From contig OZ024743.1 in the NCBI GenBank assembly GCA_964016885.1, positions 56,978,001 through 57,042,000 of the forward strand: DNA of 64,000 bases. Direction: 5' to 3'. Positions within the stretch are counted from its first letter, which is position 1. Each line of letters begins with the position of its first letter. Shown piece by piece: positions 1 to 12,458 of this stretch. The DNA is from Eledone cirrhosa (taxonomy: Eukaryota). The notes below the pieces were generated by a model. It ran no database searches. It was not told where the DNA came from and saw only the letters and a program-made list of their open reading frames with translations. The position numbers and the translations under genes were made by a program.

Positions 1-407
1 GCAATTATTCCAGTGCATTACTGGTACTTTATTTTATCGACCCCGTAAGGATGAAAGGCAAAGTTTACCTCGGCGGGATTTGAACTCAGATCGTAAAGGG
101 GCGTAACTCTATGCTAGAAGACTAAATTATTGTTTCTACTTTTGGCACAAGGCCAGCAATTATCCCAGTGTATTACTGGTACTTTATTTTATCGACCCCG
201 TAAGGATGAAAGGCAAAGTTAACCTCAGCGGGATTTGAACTCAGACCATAAAGAGCCGTAACTCTTTTGCTGGAAAGCATGGCATCCGACCCTCTACCGA
301 TACTGCCAATCCACCACCCTAGCATGGCGTCCGACCCTCTACCGATACTGCCAATCCACCACCCTAGCATGGCGTCCGACCCTCTACCGATATTGCCAAT
401 CCACCGC
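1..407 (-). mobile_element. Two tandem copies of a tRNA-derived SINE; second copy has its 45-bp 5' head triplicated
   Basis: The minus strand reads ggtggattggcagtatcggtagagggtcggacgccatgct...ctgagttcaaatcccg (A/B-box-like head), then a body also found at 43.1, 43.9, 53.3 and 63.1 kb. The 45-bp unit occurs x3 at ~277-407. Confidence 0.8.
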
Positions 408-1079
408 TGCGAGTTTGTTAAGAGAGAGCAATCGCACATGGTATTAACTTTAGTCCGTATTCATATCAACCGTATTATCTTTAGTCAGTATTCACTTCAG
501 CCTGGCGGTTTTTTGTTCCTTGTGATTTGAATGCATATATGTATATGTGTTCGTCTCTCTTTATGGTATTATTAGGCTCAGAAATAAAGTAGGTCGATAA
601 AATAAAGTACCAGTAATACACTGGGTATTTGCTGGCCTTGTGCCTAACGTAGAAACAATTATTAGGCTCATAAATTTTTTTCCTTGAGCTGCTTTGATTA
701 TGAGGGACTAATTTGAGTTTTTAACTCAATATATACTTTTGATAAATTGAGCTCCTACGCTTTTATATATATATATATATGTATGTATATGTATGTAGGA
801 TGAAAATTAACAAAGAGAAGACAAAATAAAGAACGAAAACAAGGCAAAACGAAAAACAATTAATTTTTGAAAATAAGCATACAAACGAAAGACTTGGAAC
901 TACAGAGACTTCAGCCGTTGAGATGAACTTTGGTAGTTTCGACCCCTTCCAAAGGTACTGCTGGTCCAAACCGGGGGCACAGTACTGACAGAAGCTAAAA
1001 CACAGTCCATGGAGTAAGAGACAAGACAAAACAATAGTTCATAGCAATTAAGTTATAATATGTATATATATATCAAATC

Positions 1080-1418
1080 CCAACTAACCAGACTAATTCT
1101 ATGTAGTCAAATACGGCGTAAGCACATGTTACTACCTAATTTTTAAATTCGCTAGCCATTTGTAAAAAAGCCTGCTTTGCGTCTCCCTATTTATATACAT
1201 ATATATACCTGCTATGGTTATATAGGATCTAATTGAATGGAAGGAAGCATGGGTGACGTGTTGGTGTAATGGTAACACATTGGTCCGGCATTCCATTCAG
1301 AGGGTTTTTTTAAATGCCAACTAACAGACTAATTCTATGTAGTCAAATACGGCGTAAGCATTTGTTACTACCTAAATTTGCTAGCCATTTGTAAACAAAG
1401 CCTGCTTTGTGTCTCCCT

Positions 1419-1423
<5 letters not shown>
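1080..1423. repeat. ~110-bp imperfect direct repeat (1080-1192 and 1317-1423)
   Basis: ccaactaac(c)agactaattctatgtagtcaaatacggcgtaagca...gtctccctattt occurs twice, each followed by a microsatellite. Confidence 0.85.
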
Positions 1424-1507
<84 letters not shown>

Positions 1508-1511
1508 CAAG

Positions 1512-1707
1512 TATAAGGGAGTGCTGAAAAGTTCCTGGTTTTGGGTAAAAGAAAATATAGGAGGATCAGTAAATAAGGATTTTATTCAACATATTCCCCT
1601 CTCAGATTCACACACTTATTGCTGAGCTCCTACCTCCCCTGTAAAGGTAACAGCCCTACCCTTTTGTGATACCCTTAAAGCCAGGAACTTTTCAGCACCC
1701 CCTCGTA
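1512..1707. mobile_element. Tc1/mariner-type MITE
   Basis: Imperfect ~30-bp TIRs (tataagggagtgctgaaaagttcctgg / ccaggaacttttcagcaccccctcgta) with TA ends. Same family, opposite orientation, at 52198-52410. Confidence 0.8.
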
Positions 1708-1752
1708 TATATAGGCACACACACACACACGCATGCACACACACACACGCGT

Positions 1753-1920
<168 letters not shown>

Positions 1921-2315
1921 GCGTGGACACACACACCCACACACACATACATATAGGTACGGGTTCATAATGTGGAAGTTGATAATATTTATATTAGCAG
2001 TTTAATTAATTTCAGCATTACCAGTAGTTTCATAGACATATTTGTATCTCCGAAACCATTGGTAATGTAAAAATAACTCAAAATGTTAGCGTTAATGTAT
2101 ATATACATATATATATATAGGAAAAAGTATGACCCCGACGGCAGAGCGCAAGCCGTTTCGACGGCTATTATAAGGTTACCTTAAGTTTCATGGTTGTAAT
2201 ATAAATATATATATATATATATAACGAAGGAAATGTGGTAAGGAACCAGGTGGACCATAACGCACCAAAGTACTCAATACTTGAGGTAGTAGAGTGGGTA
2301 ATAGGAACCAGTAAG

Positions 2316-2409
2316 ACCCCGACAGCTGAGCTCAAGCCGTTTCGACGGCTAATTCTGGACTAAATGAAAATTTATCCTGGTATTTAAATAGCCGATCTTC
2401 TCAAGGGGT
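2316..2409 (-). ncRNA. Type I hammerhead ribozyme motif, U3:A8 core variant (pLTR copy 1)
   Basis: Reverse complement of 4146-4239. Confidence 0.7.
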
Positions 2410-4145
2410 AATTCCATATATGGTCAAAGTGATTGTCAAAAATCAGTAGTACTTCTGTGGTTGCAAATTAGTAGGGGAGATGGTGGCTAAACCTGCCAGT
2501 AGGAGAAAGAGGGGAGGGGGTGGGGTAGACCCAATCAAGCGTTGGTAGTGCCAGCTACAGCTGGGCATGAGGTCAAAGAAGATACAGGGGAGGGGGAGGG
2601 GGAGGAAGTCGGAACGGTAGGTAGAACAATGGGGGGGTAGAAATATATAGGAAAGAAAAAATACTGAGAGTGAAGAAAAGCAAATAAGTGTAAAGAAAAA
2701 AGTAAAGTAAATTCTACGACCTAGGTCTCTAGCTATTGTTAGGCTAGAATAAATAAATAAATAAAGAAAGAAAGAAGTAAAGAAAGAAGTAAAGAAATAA
2801 CGAAATAAGTAAAAGAACTAGGTGGGACGGCATAGGCAAGGACCCTTTTAAGAGGTATAAGTACGTAAATGATACGGTGACGGGTCAACAAAAGGGGCCA
2901 AAATACTAAAGAGACTACCACGAAATAAACAATAAAGGTTTCCATCCCGGGCACAATGCCAGCAACCACCCGGTGCAGCAAAGTGAACTAGTACGAGATA
3001 ATAATTCTGAGTCCCGAGAAAAAAATATACTAATGCTAACTCTAAAAGATCTAAAACAAGCTACATGAAAGTTCGTACGAAGTAAGGGTAGAATACGGAA
3101 AAATAAATAAAATCAGAATCCACCCCGCCCAAAAGAAAAGCGAAGAAAGAAATACTGAAACGAAAAAATAAGGCATAAGTGCCACTAAGAAATATAGAGG
3201 GCACAGAGAATAGTGGGAGCGGTCGGAAAAAGGGGACAAGTATCCGGGGTCTAAACCAACTGCTATAAAGGGCGGAGTCCGCCAAATCTATCATAGACTA
3301 GGGGAGGGGGTGGGGGTACTAAGGCTACAAGGGGCCAAAGGGCAGCCTCGGGTGGGCGAGAAAAGACGCCGACAAAGGAGAAGAGCTGGGGTAGAAGGAC
3401 TAAGGAGAGAGGGGGGAAGGAAATAAAGGAAGCGATAAAAGAATACAAAGAAGATCTTACGTCTCCCTTGGCAAGCAGGGGTTACCCATTGCAAAATCGG
3501 CAAGTGGGGTGTTATAGCCCTAGTCTACCCCCCCCCGGGTCATTATGGGGTTTGAGGGCGAGGTAAGTCCTACGCAATCTATGTTTACATGCAGTAACCA
3601 GTTCATCTTTCTTGTTTAGGAGTTGGTCCGTCGAAAACAGCATTTGTAAAGTTTCCTCCGAGCATAAATTGCACGGACGGCGTCCTCCCGTGTAAGAATT
3701 GGCTCTTAAAAGGGTCCTTGCCTATTTCGTCCCACCTAGTTCTTTTACTTATTTCGTTATTTCTTTACTTCTTTCTTTACTTCTTTCTTTCTTTATTTAT
3801 TTATTTATTATAGCTTAACAATAGCTAGAGACCTAGGTCGTAGAATTTACTTTACTTTTTTCTTTACACTTATTTGCTTTTCTTCACTCTCAGTATTTTT
3901 TCTTTCCTATATATTTCTACCCTCCATTGTTCTACCTACCGTTCCGACTTCCTCCCACTCCCCCTCCCCTGTATCTTCTTTGACCTCATGCCCAGCTGTA
4001 GCTGGCACTACCAACGCTTGATTGGGTCTACCCCACCCCTCCCCTCTTTCTCCTACTGGCAGGTTTAGCCACCATCTCCCCTACTAACTTGCAACCACAG
4101 AATTACTACTGATTTTTGACAATCACTTTGACCATATATGGAATT

Positions 4146-4239
4146 ACCCCTTGAGAAGATCGGCTATTTAAATACCAGGATAAATTTTCATTTAGTCCAG
4201 AATTAGCCGTCGAAACGGCTTGAGCTCAGCTGTCGGGGT
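4146..4239 (+). ncRNA. Type I hammerhead ribozyme motif, U3:A8 core variant (inverted pLTR copy)
   Basis: Stem I ACCCC/GGGGT; core TTGAGAA; stem II GA(T)CGGCTA/TAGCCGTC; GAAA; stem III CGGC/GCTG with palindromic TGAGCTCA loop; GUC cleavage triplet ending at 4234. Confidence 0.7.
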
Positions 4240-4249
4240 CTTACTGGTT

Positions 4250-4310
<61 letters not shown>

Positions 4311-5385
4311 GTATATACATCGGACATGTGTGAGTATATATATATGTATATATAGCATACATAATATATATACATATATATCATATATGTGATATATGTA
4401 TATATATATAGAGAGAGAGATAGAGAAAGTGAGAGAGAGGTAGTGAGTGAGAGAGACAGACAGAGAATGACAAATGTACGATAGTGTATATGAACCAGGA
4501 AAACACACTTTCCAATTGCTTATCGTCTGGAAGGAAGCCAATGTATCTATGGAATTCTCTAGAAAAGATGAATACGTATTTGTACAAGCTGCAAATATTG
4601 CCGTCTATTTTCTTCATTATTTACCATAATTGATTGTACATTTTCACATTGGATTCAATTATGGACGACAGAAGGCAATTTATTCCAATTTCTTCTACGT
4701 TTTACAAACTTCCATTCAATAGAAATCACCAATAGGTTCCTTGGAAAACTTTCACCAATGAATCCAGCAGGCATCGTTCATTTAAATAGACTTTGTCTTT
4801 TGTTTCTTCCCTTGAAGCAACACCCAGCATTTTGTTGTTGTGTGTATTGTGTATTGTGTATTGTGTATTGTATTATCATGTGTTACGTGTGTTGTGTGTT
4901 ATGTTCTAGGCACACATATGCAAATGGCTAGGTAGTTTACTTCGCAATTATTAGGACCCGTGTTTGATTCAACTGCGTGACATCTTGGGTGACTGGAATT
5001 TACCATAGTTGGTCGATCCATGTTTTGTGAGACAAATTTGGTAAACGGAAACTGTTTAAAAGACTAGCTGAGTCAAACTCTGGGCCACACTGAATTTCCC
5101 TTTAGAATTAGGTTATGGGTGCGCTAGGTGTTTGTGAAATGCTTAGCTGCTTACACGTTAATTTCTGTAGCTGGATGTTTCGTTGACCGAACAACTGAAA
5201 CACTCATCGTTGAAACCGACGGAGGTTGATTCCTGTTTTATTGTGTGTTGTATATTATTGTATGTGTTGTTAGTCTATAACAAGATTTAACTAAACTGGA
5301 TTCACTACAAACACCTGACGCAAGACCCAGTTACTCCTCATTGAAATTCTAATTTCCATTCTATCCTTCTGTCCTCCTCTCTCTC

Positions 5386-5488
<103 letters not shown>

Positions 5489-5589
5489 ACCACACATGAT
5501 GGCGGCAAAGTCGTGTTCGAGCATTGCCCGCGCCCGATAAAACGCCAAAAAAATGTGAGGTAGGAATGTGGCTCTTCAAAGCATCCAAA

Positions 5590-5960
5590 GATTTGCACTC
5601 TCTGGTAATACATAGCAACCGTAGATTCCTCTGGTACTTTCCACAGTTTGGTTCTGACTGTGTCTTCTCATATGTCTTTTAAGACCTCCCATGGTTACAC
5701 ATTTCTTGCTACATTCCCTACACCTTTTCATAATCTACATGAGGTCTGCTGATATGACTTTGTTCATGTCTTATCAGACCAGCTTTGCTGAGGAAGACTC
5801 GACCATAGTGGTGGCAAACCAGATGGGAGACTTAAAAACAGTCCCTTTTTCTCATCTTCCTTTTCCGTGCTTGGTGTTCCCTTCGACGAGTTTCAAAGTG
5901 TTCACTTCCTGACTTGATTAAACGTCTCCATTTCGCACGATCTTCAGCTATTCTCCCATT
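5590..5960 (-). mobile_element. Degenerate 3' fragment of an RTE-like LINE (tentative)
   Basis: The minus strand resembles a decayed RTE C-terminus. No intact ORF. Confidence 0.3.
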
Positions 5961-6150
5961 CAACAGATGAAATTTGAGTTCAAGCCAAGGTACTCCTTAC
6001 ACAGTCCCGGTACCGCATTTTAGTTTGAGTGGTGGTCGCCTTCCTTCGTACAGTTCACCGCATACACACATATATATATATACACACATACACCCACTAT
6101 ACACGCACACACGCACACGCACGCACGCACACGCACGCACACGCACACAC

Positions 6151-6276
<126 letters not shown>

Positions 6277-6853
6277 TAGTATAGTTAATAAGAAGCATTG
6301 TGAGATATGTAATGATTGATTGGTAAGAACTTCAGAAAGCAGGTAATAAAATGAGGTAGAACTATAGAAAAGGCAAAGTATGACAAATAAAACCAAAAGG
6401 TAATGGTTTTTACCCAGTTTGTTTCAACGTAATATTTCAGGGTTAGTACACATTTTTCAAATGCAAAAGAAAACCTCAAAACAACAACTGAAATACCTCT
6501 CATTAAGCATCCAATTGAATAATCCAAATATTGGTGTGCATTCTTCAACAGGCAACAAATTGTGGACCAGAGAATTCTGAAGATAATATTTCTTTTTATT
6601 CGGATTCAATATTCCTTGTTTACATGTCGTCAGTTTCATCATAAGATATATTTTTATCCATCCCTAAGGTACCTAAAGAATTCCCATTGTTTTGCATTCA
6701 TTTCTTGCTAGAAAATAGGATGAAGACCTTTAAAGATGGAAAAGGAAGTTGCCATCGGCTGCTACGAGGGATCGAACCTTCATCTTCCAGATACCCGTTA
6801 TATATATATTAAAGCCAAATAAATATACTTTGATGTATATATATACACAAACA

Positions 6854-6906
<53 letters not shown>

Positions 6907-7069
6907 GTATATACATACACACATACACATAAACAGACGTCCGTATATTCGCCGCATATTCATGCATGTACGCATAAAAAATACCCACTGCTTTGTACAT
7001 ATTTAGGAATATATAGATAAGTATACAAATGTGTGAGTGTATGTGTATGTGTGTGTACATATATTTATG

Positions 7070-7120
<51 letters not shown>

Positions 7121-7343
7121 ATAAGACAAACATTTCAGAAATATTATTAAAAATATTTTGCTGATTTCATTCGGTTAACAGCCAAAGCACTTAAGTTGAT
7201 TAGACTGTTGTATGTATAAAACTGTCCGACTGGGAGTATTTAGTCACATTTGTCAATGAACAGAAGAATACCTCTGATAAATTTCATTATTTAGTTCAAA
7301 GTGTGAAGTGAATGCAATAGAAATTGTTGAGTATATATATATA

Positions 7344-8221
7344 TACGAGGGCTGTCGAAATATTATCCGACCTTAAGTTGGGAATAAATTACGTTTTTGA
7401 TGGGATTCAATTAATAATCCTCTTCGAATAGGGCCCTTGTACACCAACACATATTGCCCAACGATCTTTCCATTGTTCAAAGCACGTCTGGGGAAGATTC
7501 TTCCGGCATGGCTTTCAGTTTCGACGTCGCAATCCACAGGATGCCCTCTCGGGTCTCAAAGCAGGAGGCTTTCACATGCATCTTGACTTTTGGGAGCCAC
7601 TAGAATTTAAAAGGAGCCATGTCTGGGTAGTAGGTACCCTGGCGAATGAGCAAAATTCCTTTCTTTGAAGAAACCAAGAAACCTTTGGTCAGTTACGACA
7701 TGCAGTGCTATCATGGTATAGTTGCTAGTTTTTTAAGGCCCACAAATGTAGTCTCTTGTGACACACCGCACAACGAAGACGTCAGAGAACCTTCTGATAG
7801 TACTCCTTTGCAATTATATGTCCTTTTGGTGAGTATTCGTGATAAACAAACGCCTCGGTAGTCGAAGAAAACAAACAAGATCACCTTGATTTTGCTCCAC
7901 ATCTAATGTATTATTTTGGGACTTAGGTGATGACTGAGCGTTGGTTTCCGGGTCGTATTCATACATCACATCTCATCTCCAGTTATAGCTATATCCAGGA
8001 ACTCAGGATCCTTGTTGGCAGCATCGGGTGAAATGAAAATGTGACGAATAGTATAGCACCGCATTTGCTGGCTGCCCGACAGCGATTGTCGCATCCAGAA
8101 CATTTGCCAAAAGTCACGCCAAAAGTCACGCATGCGTCTTCACTCTGTACACTTTTATTTACCTTACGTCATTACTTCCTACGGGTAAAACATCGGATAC
8201 TTTTTCGACAGACCGTGTGTA
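7344..8221 (-). mobile_element. Decayed, internally deleted mariner transposon
   Basis: TIR pair tacgagggctgtcgaaatattatccga / tcggatactttttcgacagaccgtgtgta. Minus-strand remnants SKIKVILFVFFDYRGV and FEQWKDRWAIC match mariner transposase motifs. Confidence 0.75.
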
Positions 8222-8520
8222 TCCTAGGCAAATACAGGTTGTCTAACATTTCCATATGGACGATCCAATAGAGGAAGAACTATGTATTCTAATTTATTAC
8301 ATATATCAGTTTATTTATCGCAAAACATTGCAATTAACCAATGACGTTATTGTCAGGAGATGAAAATATTTTAACACATATGAAAGCTATCAACTATATC
8401 AACATCTTTTTCTACAGTCAAATACAACATGACCAGTGTAATCCATTAATGATATTTACTTATTTTTCTTTAGCTGGATAAAGATTCCATATAAAGATTG
8501 CATAGATTATTATTATTATT

Positions 8521-11500
8521 CTTTGAGTCTCAATCATTGATGTTATTTAACTGGAAAGTTTGTTGAAATGAATATCAAGCCGCTACCTGCAACCTCAGAT
8601 ATTCAGGACGTATCGGAGGGTTCTTGCTGTTCCCAGCAAGCATGCCTTTTGAAGTGTTCCAAAAAGCGGGGTTGGACTAATTTTCTTTAACCATCCTTGG
8701 AAACTCTTTGAGATAGTACCTAGTGCGCTTATGACAATCGGGACGACTCTGACTTCATGGCAGTTCCAAATCCTTTTTACCTCCCACTTTAAGTCCTGGT
8801 ATCGGTTAATTTTCTCCCTCACCTTTTCTTGCACTCTCGTGTCAAATGGGCAGGCTACATCTACAATCAGGCATGATCTTTTTTCCTTGTCCAAAACCAC
8901 CAGGTCAGGCCTATTGTGTTCCAGTTTCTTGTCCATCTGTATCCTAAAATCCCACAGCACCTTCACCTGATCGTTTTCTATCACCGACTCTGGCTTATGC
9001 TCATACCACTTCTCAGAATGTGGTAAATTGTTTACTTTGCATACATAGGTGCCTGTGGATCACCCTGCCCATCACATCATGTCTCCAGTGAGTCTGGGCT
9101 AGGTGTTTACACTCGGATACAATGTGAGCCACAGTCTCCTCTCTCTCTCCACAGATCCTACACAGTGGGCTAGCCTCCTCCTTGTAAATATGGTGTTTCA
9201 CCCACTTCGTTCTGAGGGCCTGCTCTTGCGCAGCCATTAGCATTCCTTCTGTAACCTTTTTAAGGTCTCCTCTTTTTAACCAGTTCCATGTCTGTAGATC
9301 TCTAAATTCAGTTTTCTCAAAGAAGGTACTATGAAGGGATTTTTCATGGAGGTTGCACTTCCTCCTTGGACATCCCCTGGTCTACTGTCCTCTCCTTCAG
9401 TACAATTCTGAGCATTGGCTCCCTACTGTCAGTCACGTATTTGTGTAGGTTGTTTTTCTCCATCTGAACACAGTCCTCTATGCTGATAAGACCTCTTCCA
9501 CCCTCAGATCTCCTTAAGTAGAGTCTATCGACATCACTCCTCTTGTGGAACATGTTGTAGATAGTCAATAGCTTCCTAGTCTTCCTATCCATTTCTTTTT
9601 GTTCAGCAACATTCCATCTCAGAATTCCCGCACTGTACCTAATAATAGACACAGCTCGGGAATTTACTGCACTTATGGCATTCTTACTATTTAGATGTGA
9701 TTTTAATACGCTCCTTACTCTCCTAATGTACTCAAATCTTATCAATTCCTTCATTTTTTTGTTCTTGATGTCATCTGCCTCCAGAACACCTAAATATTTG
9801 TATCCTTCTTCAGTGTCAATTTCTTTTACCATCTCACCTGTTGGTACCTGGATTCCGTTGCTTCTGCTCAATTTACCCCTCTTCATCACTAGATTCCACA
9901 CTTATTAATACCAAATTGCATACATATATCATTGCTGAAAATACGGATAGTGTCAACAAGTACATCCAACTCCTTCTCACTCTTCCCAAAGAGTTTAAGA
10001 TCGCTCATGAAGAGGAAGTGATTGATGGTAAGCTCTCCTTTTCCCAACTTGTATCCTGCTCTCACTTTTCGCAGTATAATGGTCAGGGGGATCAGGGCAA
10101 GTACAAACAGCAGAGTGGACAGACTATCTCCCTGGAAGATACCTCTCTTGATCTTCACGCCTCCCAAGGATTCTCCACCTGATGTTAACTCTGCTTCCCA
10201 GGACTTCATACTTTTGCTCAACAACTGTCTGATGTTATCTGCCACCTTGAAGATCTCTAGGCTTTTTGTTATCCAAGAATGAGGTACCATGTCGAATGCC
10301 TTTTTGTAATCTATCCATCCCATGGCAAGACCAGTGTGTTTCCTCTTGCAATTCCACATTACCATTTTATCAATAAGTAACTGGTCTTTTGTACCACGGG
10401 ACTTCTTTCGGCATCCTTTCTGTTCGTCCGGTAACAAGTTGTTTATGTGGAGGTGATGGTAGATTTCCTCAGACACAATGCTTGTTAACTGTTTCCACAT
10501 TACGGACAGACATGTGATAGGTCTATAGTTGGTAACATCATTACTCTTGATTCGGTCTTTCATTACCAGAACTGTGGTACCTTTTGTCAACCACTCTGGT
10601 ACCTCACCCGAGATCAAGCAGTCATTGAACATGGTTGTCAGTTTCGGGTGGAGGGATGTTACATTTTTGATCCAATACCCTTGCACACCATCTGGGCCTG
10701 GTGATTTCCAGTTGGTTAGTTTTTTGGCCTGCCCTTTAAGAGTTTCAACTGTGATACTCAAATCAGTTTGTTGGTGTGCTTGTTCACTAATCTCCTTTTG
10801 TACTGTCCCAATCCACACTGCCTGATCATTATGTTCAACATCCTGCTCCCATATTCCTCTCCAGAATGTCTTAGTCTGTTCCGCCTCAGGGATCAAATCG
10901 TTGCCTCTTTCTTTCCCTTCAAGCTCTCCAAACAACATCTTCTGGTTGTTGTCAAACATGAGGCTCTGTCTATACTGACTGATTCTGCTCTCATACCACC
11001 TAATCTTTGCACTCTTTGCTACAATGCGTTGCTTCAGTTCCTCTATGATGATATTTAGCTTTTTCCTCCTAGTTTTGTACTTTATTTCCAGTCTATTTTT
11101 AGTGTCTATGTTTTGTAGTGTCCCATTCAGTAGGGACTCAAGCTTTCCAATGTCATTTCTCATTTCCCTGATTTGACCACTCAGTCGTTTCTTCCACCAA
11201 GGTTCTGATCTTCCTTGTTTGTTGTTTCCTCTCGTTTTTATGCCAAGTAATTTCCTCACCGCATTTGCTGTTGCCTTGAGGATATTGTTGCATTGATGAA
11301 GGTTCCTCGCCTCAAGGTATGGGATGACTTTGTTTACCTTAGCTTTTGTTTCTTTTAACTTTTTCCTGTCTACAAATCTTAGGTTCATAGGTTTCCCACT
11401 ATCATTGTTCATTTCATCTACCACTAAGTTTAGGATATCAACCAAATCTTGTCCTAGCCCGTCAGCATTCATTTCCTCAATGGCCGTATCTTTGTTCCAG

Positions 11501-12040
11501 ATGTTATTTATTTCAGCATTCAGATCATTGTCTGCTTCGGATGTTTCCTCCGTTCTCTCAACCTCTTCACCTTCATTTCCCACTGGCTCGTTTGCCTGGC
11601 ATACTCCACTCTCCATTTCTCTGCTCAGTTCCTCCAGTTCCAACTCGCTTATCCATCCATTAGTTCTTATTACCTGAGCCTGCCCGGCCAATTTTTGTTC
11701 ATCTAATTTAAATAGTCCAATATCGTTCCAGATGTTATGCATCCGTTTCCTATAGCCTTTTTCCTTGGGGTTACTCTTCAGGTAACATTCCATGACAGTT
11801 CTATTCAATTCTTTCGTCCAGTTGGTTCTTGTCCCTTTCCTTCTTCTTCTTCTTCCTCCAACACCAGCAGTATTTGGATGACAGCCAGGTCCCTGCTGCT
11901 GAGCCAGGGGGCACTTGCTGGGTGAGAGTCTGTCACATGGCGTTCCAGTCTCCTCTTCACCGTTATTCGAACTCTTTAGGTTCGACATTTAAACACTCAT
12001 ATCGAGGATTGGTGAATGTATGGTTACATAACCACAGGTG
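8521..12040 (-). mobile_element. R4/Dong-clade non-LTR retrotransposon copy A (near full length, frameshifted)
   Basis: ORF pieces 9889-11988, 9344-9901, 9013-9243 and 8595-8984 give RT (KSPGPDG, YRPITCL, GIFQGDSLS, FMSDLK), a CCHC knuckle (CRICGEREETVAHIVSEC) and a restriction-like endonuclease (RPDLVV..IVDVACP..K..RY). The 3' end abuts (TAA)n at 8506-8520. Confidence 0.9.
8595..11988 (-). pseudogene. RT/RLE polyprotein pseudogene of copy A
   Basis: At least three frame breaks. The catalytic motif reads FMSD instead of F/YMDD. Confidence 0.85.
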
Positions 12041-12402
12041 ATTTCATCACCCCCAGTGATTTCATCACCCCCAGTGATTTCATAACTCCCGGTGATTTTA
12101 GCGCGGCACCATCACGCTGTAGACGAACATAAATAAATAAACAAATAAATAGATAAAAACTTAAAAAAATAAACATAAGTTTCATTGTAATGTTTGAATG
12201 TCTGACTTAGTTTTATTGTTTGTTTGTTTTTTTCCTTTACGTTTTTCGTTTTTCAAGGCCAGTAATATCGGTTACTAGTGTTGTTGGTGCTGCTGCTGCT
12301 GTTTTTGATTTTAGATACGTGTGAAGTAGGGGTTGTTGCGTTCAAAACTTTTGAAATTTGTTTTTTGTCTGTGTTCTGTTCTATTATCTTTCGACTTGTT
12401 GC

Positions 12403-12458
<56 letters not shown>
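12403..12458. repeat. (TTA)n microsatellite 5' of the Tx1-like element
   Basis: Read directly from the sequence. Confidence 0.95.

Larger units (their letters stand above)
2222..4252 (-). mobile_element. 5'-truncated Penelope-like element: endonuclease C-terminus + long 3' UTR/pseudo-LTR, with an inverted pLTR copy at its 5' end
   Basis: Minus strand ~3566-3712 translates LLRANSYTGGRRPCNLCSEETLQMLFSTDQLLNKKDELVTACKH, which resembles the C-terminus of the PLE at 62 kb (TPY..SGSCDLCLLE...LLNRKS). 2302-2852 and 3703-4252 are inverted copies. Both ends abut (TA)n. Confidence 0.8.

Noticed and set aside
6740-6800. tRNA-like B box (ggttcgatcc on minus), and SINE heads as tRNA genes
   Set aside because: No complete cloverleaf. 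They are better explained as SINE fragments.
12038-12099. 18-bp tandem repeat (gtgatttcatcaccccca) at the 5' end of R4 copy A
   Set aside because: Real but short. With one full-length copy I cannot tell whether it belongs to the element or is a junction artefact.
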